39,996 nt of DNA from a virus (IMGVR_UViG_3300020045_007235:1-39996), one strand, 5' to 3'; positions 9,457 through 17,388 are shown, numbered from the stretch's first letter. Translations and numbers: made by a program. The notes: generated by a model from the sequence alone, not told the origin.

Positions 9457-10431
9457 ATGGCAAAGCTAAGTCCTGTTTTTAACGACGAACAATTAGATGA
9501 TAATGGATTGCCTCTTGTCGGCGGCGAGATTATCTTCTACCTTGGTGGAACTGATACTGTAACAGATACATATACTAACAGCTCAGGCACGACATTACAA
9601 ACAACACCAATAGTTCTTAATTTTCGTGGTGAGCCTCCTTTCCCAATATGGCTGCAAGATGGTCTGTCATATAAGGTTAGACTATTTGATTCAAATAGTG
9701 TTTTAATCAGAGAATATAATGATATTACTGGAATTAATGATGCAACGATAGCAGCATCAACGAATTCAGAATGGACAGGCAACTATGATGCTACCTACAT
9801 TAGCGCAACATCATTCTCAGTATTAGGTGATCAAACTACAATACTTCATGTTAACCGCAGGACAAAAAGCCAAGCTACTGGTGGGCTTGTCTATGGCACA
9901 ATAACATCATCAACATTTGCGGCTGGTATAACAACGATAGTCCAGGTTAATGATGGGATCCCATTAGACTCCGGACTTACAGAGACTCAATACGGCATAC
10001 TATCTTATTCACCAAAAAGCTTTCTTCCTTCTGTCCCGTCTGGTTCAAAGATGATGTTTTTCCAGGCTGCGGCTCCTGTTGGATGGACACAAGACACCAC
10101 ACATAACAACAAAATGTTAAGGGTTGTCAGTGGTTCTGGTGGTGGTTCTGGTGGTAGTGATTCGCCTATTATCAATAACAAGGTTGCCTCACACACTCAC
10201 ACATTCACAACCGGCAATAATAGCGTAGACCATAGTCATACTTACACAATCCCTAATGCAACCACAGCATCCTACGGAGCAGGTGTATTAAGTGCTGTAC
10301 CATCTATAACATCAGCCAGCACAGGTGGAGCTAGCGCAGTGCATACGCACGCAGGGACAACTGATGCTAATGGTAGTGCATCAAACTGGACTCCAATGTA
10401 TGTTGATATGATTTTGTGCGCTAAGGATTGA
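9457..10431 (+). CDS. Tail fibre protein with head-binding-like N-terminus
   Basis: DDNGLPLVGGEI.FY.GGT.T...TY..PIVL..RG N-terminus, collar-like VPSGSKMMFFQAAAPVGWT, three H-x-H motifs (HTH, HSH, HTH). Confidence 0.75.
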   Translation: MAKLSPVFNDEQLDDNGLPLVGGEIIFYLGGTDTVTDTYTNSSGTTLQTTPIVLNFRGEPPFPIWLQDGLSYKVRLFDSNSVLIREYNDITGINDATIAASTNSEWTGNYDATYISATSFSVLGDQTTILHVNRRTKSQATGGLVYGTITSSTFAAGITTIVQVNDGIPLDSGLTETQYGILSYSPKSFLPSVPSGSKMMFFQAAAPVGWTQDTTHNNKMLRVVSGSGGGSGGSDSPIINNKVASHTHTFTTGNNSVDHSHTYTIPNATTASYGAGVLSAVPSITSASTGGASAVHTHAGTTDANGSASNWTPMYVDMILCAKD

Positions 10432-10432
10432 T

Positions 10433-10693
10433 ATGATTGAAACAGTTATCACATGTCCTTTAGGTGCAAAATGCGAAGAAATAAAAGACAATAAATTATA
10501 TAGATGTGCATGGTACACTCAGTTACAAGGTGAAAACCCACAAACACAAGAGCGAGTAGACACATGGAATTGCTCACTAGCCTGGATGCCAATCCTCTTA
10601 GTAGAAAACGCAGGAACTAATCGCGGTCAAACGGCTGCGCTCGAATCTTTCAGAAACGCAGTTGTACTCAGGAAATTAGAACATGGCAATTAA
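10433..10693 (+). CDS. Cys-rich protein associated with the tail fibre
   Basis: CPL...C...CAWY...G.NPQT...D.W.CSLAWMP.LLVEN...AALESFRN, directly after the fibre gene. Confidence 0.6.
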   Translation: MIETVITCPLGAKCEEIKDNKLYRCAWYTQLQGENPQTQERVDTWNCSLAWMPILLVENAGTNRGQTAALESFRNAVVLRKLEHGN

Positions 10694-11456
10694 TATTCAA
10701 ACATCAGAACAATATCAGGGCGTAATTGAAGAAGTTGGATCAATACAAAGTGAGTCTGTAAATATCAATGGAGAGTCTGGATCATCAAAAATCATTGTAA
10801 ATAAATCTAAGGGCTGGTTAGTTCCTGCATTAATCACAGGCAATGCAGCAACATATACACAATCAGGCTTTGTTATAACTGTTACATCAACAGGGCATTT
10901 AATTCCAGCAACAATTCATGATGGGAAAAGTGTTTATCTTGTTATAGGTTCTGGAAATGCAACATCTGGATGGTTTTCAAACTTTACGTATGTTGATGCA
11001 AATACATTTACATGTGTATCGACAATTTCTCAAACAACTAATGGGGCAGTAAATACTAATATAGCTCAAGTTACTGTAACTGAATTAACGACGAATATTG
11101 CCGCTGGGTCAATGGGATTGAATGGCTCAATAAGAGTTAATCTTACTGCATCTGTTAATAATAGCGCAGGGGCAAAAACAGCTAGAGTATTTTTTGGTGG
11201 TACAGGATTCATAACAGCACAAGCAACGACAAGTTTATCATTGTCAGCTATAAATAGAACTATCTCAAATCGTGGTGTTACAAATAAACAAGTATCACAA
11301 ACAATCGCTTCATTAAACGGCGCAACATCTACAGCAGCAGTAACAAATATGGCTATTGATACATCAGCTGATGTTAGCTTAACAATAACACTGCAAGCAG
11401 CAGTAGCAAGTGATTACATAGCGTTAGAATCTGTTTTGTATGAATTAATACTATGA
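10683..11456 (+). CDS. Putative structural (fibre/spike-associated) protein
   Basis: 257 aa, Thr/Ser/Ala-rich and beta-strand-like, within the tail operon. Confidence 0.55.
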   Translation: MAINIQTSEQYQGVIEEVGSIQSESVNINGESGSSKIIVNKSKGWLVPALITGNAATYTQSGFVITVTSTGHLIPATIHDGKSVYLVIGSGNATSGWFSNFTYVDANTFTCVSTISQTTNGAVNTNIAQVTVTELTTNIAAGSMGLNGSIRVNLTASVNNSAGAKTARVFFGGTGFITAQATTSLSLSAINRTISNRGVTNKQVSQTIASLNGATSTAAVTNMAIDTSADVSLTITLQAAVASDYIALESVLYELIL

Positions 11457-12832
11457 CAATAACTGTAACAACTATAGAAGCAGCTACGGCAACACCTGAG
11501 CCAAAAACAGTAATAATTAATGGTAATTCTGCCACTGTCTATACTGGTTCAGATGTTATTCCAACTCCTATAGATGAGGTAAATGAATCATATAATATTT
11601 ATCCTACTCCTGACGAAAGTACAGACAGAACAGCAGAGATACAGAATCTTATAGATAGCGAGCGTTTCGTTTATTTTGCTCCAGGAGTTTATTCGTGCGG
11701 AACTTTAGTACTTCCTGTAGGAAGTTATTTAAGCAACCTACCTACTCAATCAGTAAGATTTTTAGGCGATAATTCAAGGTTTCTTTTTGGCGCACTAAAA
11801 GGAACAACTCATATAAACTTTACAGAAACTTCAGCATTTATACCAGCAACACCTTATATAGATAGTTCGTTTGGATGTACAAGCATAAGAATGTCTGGTT
11901 TGTCGTTTCAGTCAAGTCCAACGGGAAGTTGTATATTCTTTGATACATTAGCTTTGATAGCATCAAGAATAACTGAATGTAGTTTTTATGGATTTAAAAA
12001 TATACTTTTAGGATCAATGCAAATTGTTTCTAGCTTTGATCATAATTATGTATATGCAATGCATGGGCCTGCATTTTCTGTAATACCTACAAACGCGAAT
12101 ATAACGGTAAAGACAACGCCAATAATTGATAGCTCTATAAGCTATAATTATATCAACGGTGCAAGCTACGCACCATCACCTGATTACGCATTATTTAATA
12201 TTCCAGGTGCGGCAGCAACAAGTATTGATCACAACTATATTGACTTTGCATGGGTTGGCGTGTGGGCAGGAAAAGGAAATGGTTTAGTAACAATTGCTGA
12301 TAATACTTTTGACATTTTAACTCATGCTATAGTTCTTGATTATGGTGCTTTGTCTACAACAATATCAAATAATAGGTTTCTTAGGTGTCGTGCAGAGTCA
12401 AGAGACACATATTTCACAAATCCATCTGGTGTAATGTCTGGTACAAACTGGAGTTGCATCACTATAGGATCGCAAGCAACTGATATAACTATCATTGGAA
12501 ATACAGTAAAACAGTGCGATACGTTCATTTACATGGATGGATACTGGTATAAAAGTATAAAAGAACATGGTAATGTTGGTACTCCTGAAAATGCTCCTAT
12601 TTTGGTGAACATGACACAAAGACAGGCTCTTGATGAAGCAGGTTATAACGCAATAGGTCTTACAGGTGATGGCACTGGATTTTATATGCAGTCTATGGAA
12701 GGAAGTAAATTAACTGCTTTACCGAATCCTGTTACAGCATCTTATGATGGTCATAGGTTTTATTTAAACAATCAAATAGTTACTAATATTAACGGTTTAT
12801 TTTATGATGCAATGGGTGTGCAAGTAACATGA
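11453..12832 (+). CDS. Second tailspike-like right-handed beta-helix protein
   Basis: TDRTAEIQNLID...VYFAPGVY entry motif and repeated I..N.I / I.NN.F parallel beta-helix rungs. Confidence 0.7.
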   Translation: MTITVTTIEAATATPEPKTVIINGNSATVYTGSDVIPTPIDEVNESYNIYPTPDESTDRTAEIQNLIDSERFVYFAPGVYSCGTLVLPVGSYLSNLPTQSVRFLGDNSRFLFGALKGTTHINFTETSAFIPATPYIDSSFGCTSIRMSGLSFQSSPTGSCIFFDTLALIASRITECSFYGFKNILLGSMQIVSSFDHNYVYAMHGPAFSVIPTNANITVKTTPIIDSSISYNYINGASYAPSPDYALFNIPGAAATSIDHNYIDFAWVGVWAGKGNGLVTIADNTFDILTHAIVLDYGALSTTISNNRFLRCRAESRDTYFTNPSGVMSGTNWSCITIGSQATDITIIGNTVKQCDTFIYMDGYWYKSIKEHGNVGTPENAPILVNMTQRQALDEAGYNAIGLTGDGTGFYMQSMEGSKLTALPNPVTASYDGHRFYLNNQIVTNINGLFYDAMGVQVT

Positions 12833-12993
12833 ATATAAAAGAACCTTCAACAAAACGTGGAATAATCTGGATCATAACAGGTGTAATGGGTTACGCCGGG
12901 TGGTGGTTCGGAAAAGACATAACACCTGTTATTTTATTGGGAACAACGATAGCAGGTAGTTTGGGTGTTGCACTTGATGATGATAAGGATTAA
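12829..12993 (+). CDS. Putative holin (54 aa)
   Basis: MNIKEPSTKRGIIWIITGVMGYAGWWFGKDITPVILLGTTIAGSLGVALDDDKD: EPST.RG motif, two hydrophobic segments, charged tail. Not in the ORF track. Confidence 0.65.
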   Translation: MNIKEPSTKRGIIWIITGVMGYAGWWFGKDITPVILLGTTIAGSLGVALDDDKD

Positions 12994-12995
12994 AC

Positions 12996-13256
12996 ATGCA
13001 TGAACAGAGAGTTATGTTACGCAGGGAAATAGATAAACAACGTTTTGAACATTGCCCTAAATTCGAAAGACATGATCTTTCGGAAGACCAGATTATTGAT
13101 ATAGTTAAAAGGATACGCCAGGAAGATAATGCAGAACTTGGCGCATTTATTAAACAAACTGGAAAGGATTGGTTCCCTAAAGTTATTTTCTTTGTTGGTG
13201 GTGGAATTTATTTACTAATGCGCTGGTTTGAAAACCATGGGATAAAGATATTATGA
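12996..13256 (+). CDS. Membrane-anchored hypothetical protein (lysis region)
   Basis: Soluble N-terminus with a C-terminal hydrophobic segment VIFFVGGGIYLLM. Confidence 0.55.
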   Translation: MHEQRVMLRREIDKQRFEHCPKFERHDLSEDQIIDIVKRIRQEDNAELGAFIKQTGKDWFPKVIFFVGGGIYLLMRWFENHGIKIL

Positions 13257-13339
13257 AAACAATAGTCAATGTAGCAATAGCAACGTTACTGGTAATCTGG
13301 ATAAGTTCTGTTGTTATGTTGGTTATTCATCTTTGGTAA
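13253..13339 (+). CDS. Single-TM microprotein (28 aa)
   Basis: MKTIVNVAIATLLVIWISSVVMLVIHLW. ATGA overlap with the upstream gene. Confidence 0.45.
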   Translation: MKTIVNVAIATLLVIWISSVVMLVIHLW

Positions 13340-13343
13340 ATAG

Positions 13344-13586
13344 ATGATCTCAAAAGAAGAGTATCTAGATGCTTTGTGTCATCCTTTTGAAAATAAAGTG
13401 ATTGATACATGCCTTGCTATTCTTCTTTTTTGTATATCTATGGGATCCCTTGCTCTTGCTGTTCATCTTTCGATAAAACCTTATCCAGTCTCTTTAGGTT
13501 ATAAGCTTTCAAAGTTTCTTATGGAGAATGACTCAACTGCCTGTTACGGCCAAAATACTCAACAAAATAGGAATAAAAGCAAATGA
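13344..13586 (+). CDS. Single-TM hypothetical protein
   Basis: Hydrophobic segment CLAILLFCISMGSLALAVHL, tightly packed with neighbours. Confidence 0.45.
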   Translation: MISKEEYLDALCHPFENKVIDTCLAILLFCISMGSLALAVHLSIKPYPVSLGYKLSKFLMENDSTACYGQNTQQNRNKSK

Positions 13587-13948
13587 AGAAACTATTACTA
13601 TCACTAGGATTATTGCTTGTTATTCCACAAGCACAAGCATTAAGCCCAGGAATCATATATAAAAATGACCCTTATTGCGGATTGTTTGGTGGTGCATGTC
13701 CTCAAACATTCATGTATAACAGGACAGGCCAAAAAGCATTAGCCAGATACAATCCCAATGGGAAAAACTATTGTAATTCAGCAGCAATGAATGTCTGGAT
13801 TATGGGCCATCCAAATAATGCTTATGGCATTGGGTTTTCTACAGAAGATTGGCAGGATTTGGAGATAGCTAAACAAAAAACAGGAGGTTATTACAGGTGG
13901 GGTTGCTGCTATACAGGTGACCCAGTAACAAAAACTTGTTTACAGTAG
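13583..13948 (+). CDS. Secreted Cys-rich hypothetical protein
   Basis: Sec signal MKKLLLSLGLLLVIPQAQA and six Cys in the mature part. Confidence 0.6.
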   Translation: MKKLLLSLGLLLVIPQAQALSPGIIYKNDPYCGLFGGACPQTFMYNRTGQKALARYNPNGKNYCNSAAMNVWIMGHPNNAYGIGFSTEDWQDLEIAKQKTGGYYRWGCCYTGDPVTKTCLQ

Positions 13949-13996
13949 GTTGTACGATACCTACAAACGTATCTCAATAAATTTACGCTTAATCAC

Positions 13997-14129
13997 GGCA
14001 CACGCTTTACTCTGGATTTTCTCCTATGCTGTATGGTTGAAAATATCTTTTGCGATACCATACAGTGAGCATTTATTGTTTAAGCTACGATAAAATAGCT
14101 CGGAGGTAACACCATGAAGGTGCTGTGCC
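13997..14129 (-). ncRNA. Candidate multi-stem structured RNA at the convergence of the two transcription units
   Basis: Outer GGCACA/TGTGCC stem enclosing several hairpins (CTGTATGGT/ACCATACAG, AGCTA/TAGCT, CACC/GGTG). Confidence 0.3.
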
Positions 14130-14338
14130 TAATCGCTTTGTTCTTTTTCAATTTCAATTGATAATTGAAATAATTGTTCTTTGAAATTATCCAATAAATC
14201 TCTTGTTAATGAGATAGATTTATATACCGTACTAGCTTTGTCAGTATATGTTATAAAATCAAGTCCACAGCTTATTTTTTTAATTGCCATATCTATTTCA
14301 GTATAGCAATCTCGTACATTGTTATATTCGTTATTCAT
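14129..14338 (-). CDS. Hypothetical protein
   Basis: ORF co-oriented and tightly spaced with the leftward operon. Confidence 0.55.
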   Translation of the reverse strand: MNNEYNNVRDCYTEIDMAIKKISCGLDFITYTDKASTVYKSISLTRDLLDNFKEQLFQLSIEIEKEQSD

Positions 14339-14341
14339 AAT

Positions 14342-14569
14342 TCACCTTTTCCATGCACTTCGTTTTTCAATGAATCTCAAAATCTGCTTTGCTGTTTCAT
14401 CATACAGTTCATTGCTTGATTTATCAAGCAGATCGATTATCTTGTTAGCTATCAATTCTCTTTCTTTATGTGCCCCTTCACAATATGCGGCGTCAATTTG
14501 ACGTTGGTATGTAATTGTGTCTTTGAAATCATCTTGTTCTTTAAATAATTTTGCAAATATGTTTGTCAT
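14342..14569 (-). CDS. Hypothetical protein
   Basis: ORF co-oriented with the leftward operon, with an AGAG-type RBS. Confidence 0.55.
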   Translation of the reverse strand: MTNIFAKLFKEQDDFKDTITYQRQIDAAYCEGAHKERELIANKIIDLLDKSSNELYDETAKQILRFIEKRSAWKR

Positions 14570-14604
14570 AATAATCTCTAGTTTATATTTAATGTTGCCT
14601 GGGT

Positions 14605-14717
14605 TGTATGAACTCTATGCCTTACGCCTTGGGAAGTGGGTTTTACATTGGGCGGCTAGATGTAAGGGTTCCTATCCCAATAACCAAGCTCACCCACCTC
14701 CTACACGAGTTCTTACA
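14605..14717. ncRNA. Candidate structured intergenic RNA
   Basis: Nested inverted repeats: 14605-14615/14707-14717 (10 of 11 match), TTGGGA/TCCCAA, TTACAT/ATGTAA. More GC-rich than the surroundings. Confidence 0.3.
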
Positions 14718-14733
14718 TTGAATATAAACCGTC

Positions 14734-14765
14734 AATCACTGTACAGAAATATCCGTACAGTGATT
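14734..14765. repeat. Inverted repeat with 11-bp perfect arms
   Basis: AATCACTGTAC-AGAAATATCC-GTACAGTGATT. Confidence 0.8.
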
Positions 14766-14801
14766 TCTTCATTAGTCCCTACCTAATCATTGCCGTATTT
14801 G

Positions 14802-15005
14802 TTATTCCACTTCCTCGTAGTTTGCTTCGAAGAATTCTTTCCCGACATACCATTTGTCTTCCTGATTTGACGGGTTTGCAGCGATCATGCCACCTTCTTC
14901 TGGCGTGTCTTCTTTATTGACTGATATATCGGTCAAGTCTTCTCCGATGATGTATGGGCGCATTGGTTGCACGTTCTTTTTGCGGTAGTTTTTAAACGCG
15001 TTCAT
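14802..15005 (-). CDS. Hypothetical protein, cassette-like
   Basis: GGAG RBS. Y.RKK...MRPY..GE...GGMIA.NP.N..DKWYV...FF..NYE pattern. The stop codon lies in TAAC. Confidence 0.7.
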   Translation of the reverse strand: MNAFKNYRKKNVQPMRPYIIGEDLTDISVNKEDTPEEGGMIAANPSNQEDKWYVGKEFFEANYEEVE

Positions 15006-15046
15006 TTTGTCTCCAAATGTTGATTTTGACGTTTTATCGAGGCCGT

Positions 15047-15107
15047 CATAACTCGTAATTCAATGGCGACACGCTATTTCTAGCGCCTCCGTTCGTTTCG
15101 CGTTATG
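15047..15107 (-). other. Integron attC-like imperfect palindrome
   Basis: CATAAC...GTTATG ends, inner imperfect stem, central CGCTA-TTTC-TAGCG hairpin, 61 bp. Confidence 0.45.
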
Positions 15108-15139
15108 TGAAATGCCATAACTATAAATTTTGATTGTTT

Positions 15140-15301
15140 TTATAATCTATGCTTCTGGTTCTTGTCTAATTTCCACTCAAACCAGTGATTAGGGATGCAA
15201 TCCTGGCAGACCTTAAGATTCAATGTTGCCATTTCACCTAGTTTAGTATTTCCGCATTGTGGGCAGTATTTCTTTGATGATTCCCATTTCTTATGAAACA
15301 T
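15140..15301 (-). CDS. Small zinc-ribbon protein
   Basis: CPQC...CQDC. Start placed at the ATG after the dUTPase stop. Confidence 0.55.
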   Translation of the reverse strand: MFHKKWESSKKYCPQCGNTKLGEMATLNLKVCQDCIPNHWFEWKLDKNQKHRL

Positions 15302-15317
15302 GAACCATTTTATTTTC

Positions 15318-15755
15318 TTAAACACCTGAGCTCCCAAAACCGCCACGGCCAGTATCGTGACTGAAGTCTGTTACAAGCTTTAATTCAGGTTGATATACTG
15401 GCATAAACATCAATTGCGCTATCCTGTCACCGCGTTTGACGGTATAAATGTCCATAGAGTCATTAAATAGAGATATTCCGATTGTTAACTGATATTCGCT
15501 ATCAATAACCCCAAGGCAATTAGAAAGGCGAATGTTGTTTTTATGTCCTAAGCCACTCCTGGAAACAAGAACACCTACGATATTAGGGTCTTTTATATTT
15601 ACAGCAATTCCAGAAGAAATAAGCACGCATGATCCAGGGCAAATAAGCATTTCCCCTTCAATAGCTGCATAAATATCAAGTGCTGCATCACCTTCGTGTG
15701 CTCTTGTCGGTAGCTGTGCAAATTCGTTTGTTAGTTTTATTTCAATTTCTTTCAT
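15318..15755 (-). CDS. dut: Trimeric dUTPase
   Basis: Motifs AALDI, SRSGLG, GVIDSEY, GDRIAQL, GRGGFGSSG. Confidence 0.95.
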   Translation of the reverse strand: MKEIEIKLTNEFAQLPTRAHEGDAALDIYAAIEGEMLICPGSCVLISSGIAVNIKDPNIVGVLVSRSGLGHKNNIRLSNCLGVIDSEYQLTIGISLFNDSMDIYTVKRGDRIAQLMFMPVYQPELKLVTDFSHDTGRGGFGSSGV

Positions 15756-16072
15756 GATAATTTCCAGTAAAGACCAGCAAGACCTAAAACGATCATTAAA
15801 AGAGACTCAGGCTCAGGAACATTCAAAGCCTTCCTTATTTCAAGATCGTACAGATCATCGTTATTAGGAATATAAAGTATTTTGTTTTTTTCGTGCTGCC
15901 ATGTAGGCTCGCCAAGTTTGTCATACTTGCGGCAATGTGAGCTGTTATTGTGCATTGATGTTTCAAAGCAATAATCGAAGTCACGGTAAAAGTTAGAGTC
16001 ATTATCTATACCGTCAGAATAACAAGTATTTGATAATATTAAAACTACAATTGCTATTAATATTTTTTTCAT
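15752..16072 (-). CDS. Exported protein with a PEP-CTERM sorting signal
   Basis: Signal peptide MKKILIAIVVLILSNTCYS. C-terminus VPEPESLLMIVLGLAGLYWKLS. Confidence 0.75.
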   Translation of the reverse strand: MKKILIAIVVLILSNTCYSDGIDNDSNFYRDFDYCFETSMHNNSSHCRKYDKLGEPTWQHEKNKILYIPNNDDLYDLEIRKALNVPEPESLLMIVLGLAGLYWKLS

Positions 16073-16079
16073 AAATTTA

Positions 16080-16550
16080 TCATCCGTTTATTGATTCGTT
16101 TTCATCATGCCATTTTTTGTGACACTTTGGACATAGCCATCTTACTGATAGAGGAAAAGCATAATTATCATGGTGAGCATGTAATTTTTTATTTAAATTA
16201 CAATTTTCACACGATAAAGGCTTTATTAACTTTCCATTTCTTAAGTTGATTTGTACTATATTGTGAGCTGCTCTTTTTATTTGATTATTTATTATCCATT
16301 TTTCTTTTGATTTTTTCTGAACTTCTTTATATTCTTTCTTTTTTTCATATTGCAATCTTGCCTCTATAGAACTAGGCAATAACCTATATTTTTTATGATA
16401 ATCCTTGTATTTTTCTTCGTTTTTTAATACGTTTTCTTTAACTGCTTTTTTACAACATTCTTTACATTTGCTTAAAAATCCAGAAGTCATATTTTTATGT
16501 TTATAAAAATCTTTTGTTTCCTTGTCGATACCGCATATTTTACATATCAT
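16080..16550 (-). CDS. HNH-type endonuclease
   Basis: N-terminal CxxC...CxxC, then CENC...LHAHHDNY...VRWLCPKCH..WH. Confidence 0.8.
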   Translation of the reverse strand: MICKICGIDKETKDFYKHKNMTSGFLSKCKECCKKAVKENVLKNEEKYKDYHKKYRLLPSSIEARLQYEKKKEYKEVQKKSKEKWIINNQIKRAAHNIVQINLRNGKLIKPLSCENCNLNKKLHAHHDNYAFPLSVRWLCPKCHKKWHDENESING

Positions 16551-16595
16551 ATTTATACTATATTAAATATAAAAATTATATTATAACATAAACTT

Positions 16596-16703
16596 CTAAA
16601 AAATAAACATCACACCATCAGCTTTAACAAAGCCAACAAAAGTAACAGCGATTATTGTTGCTACAAGCATGTTGCATAACATAAGATAAATATATTTGAT
16701 CAT
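16596..16703 (-). CDS. Hydrophobic microprotein (35 aa)
   Basis: MIKYIYLMLCNMLVATIIAVTFVGFVKADGVMFIF. ATGA overlap with the lipoprotein stop. Confidence 0.4.
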   Translation of the reverse strand: MIKYIYLMLCNMLVATIIAVTFVGFVKADGVMFIF

Positions 16704-16912
16704 TTTGCAATACACTCTTTTGATATGTTTTTTATATTTCTATAAGATTGATAATATGCTGCACTTTCACAAGAATCTATAGCTCCAGACAAGTCATTAA
16801 CGCTAGATGGCAAAGATGACATGCATTGTTTAAAAATTTCTTGTCTCATGCATTGATCAATAGCCGAATTGCACCCGGTTAGTATGCAACACAAAAACAA
16901 TAATTTTTTCAT
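16700..16912 (-). CDS. Small lipoprotein
   Basis: MKKLLFLCCILTG|C lipobox, four more Cys in the mature part, GAGG RBS. Confidence 0.7.
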   Translation of the reverse strand: MKKLLFLCCILTGCNSAIDQCMRQEIFKQCMSSLPSSVNDLSGAIDSCESAAYYQSYRNIKNISKECIAK

Positions 16913-17017
16913 TTTAAAGCCTCATTAAAGTTAAGTACAGGCTTCTCACCTGCATGGAAATTTCATTGTGCCAATGTTTCTATGTTTCAGTGGTCAGGCA
17001 ATTTCTAAGATGTGTTT

Positions 17018-17046
17018 ATTATAATTACTTTTTTTATAAAAATCAA
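17018..17046 (-). promoter_or_regulatory. Sigma70-type promoter
   Basis: TTGATT-17 nt-TATAAT on the minus strand. Confidence 0.7.
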
Positions 17047-17049
17047 ATT

Positions 17050-17388
17050 TTATATTTCTCTAATCTCTATCCCATGCTCTTTTAGCATCAATTTTCTCTT
17101 TATCGTAAAAATTGCATAAGCACTGCCTTTTTTAAATCCCTTCACATCCTCAATAACTGGCGTTAATCCATCAAGATAAAAGAAATCGGCTATGTACTTA
17201 ATTCCTCTCTCAGTTTTTCCATTGCTAAGTTTTTTAGACTCTATCAATACATAAGGTTTTTGGCATTCAAGACCGCTTATATCGCCGTTTTCTTGTAGTG
17301 ATTTTAGATATAAATACCTGTTGTATTCTTTTTTAGAATCAAATTTAAGTCCGTTAAATTCTATTTTTGTGTTTTTATATTTTGTCAT
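17050..17388 (-). CDS. DUF1064-family PD-(D/E)xK endonuclease
   Basis: KYKN.K....G.KFDSKKE..RY..LK...G.I..LE.Q..Y...IKYIADFFY...IEDVKG...KRKLM. Confidence 0.85.
   Translation of the reverse strand: MTKYKNTKIEFNGLKFDSKKEYNRYLYLKSLQENGDISGLECQKPYVLIESKKLSNGKTERGIKYIADFFYLDGLTPVIEDVKGFKKGSAYAIFTIKRKLMLKEHGIEIREI

Noticed and set aside
16930-17010. tRNA gene
   Set aside because: Only a T-arm-like hairpin is present. I could not build an acceptor stem, D-arm and anticodon arm.
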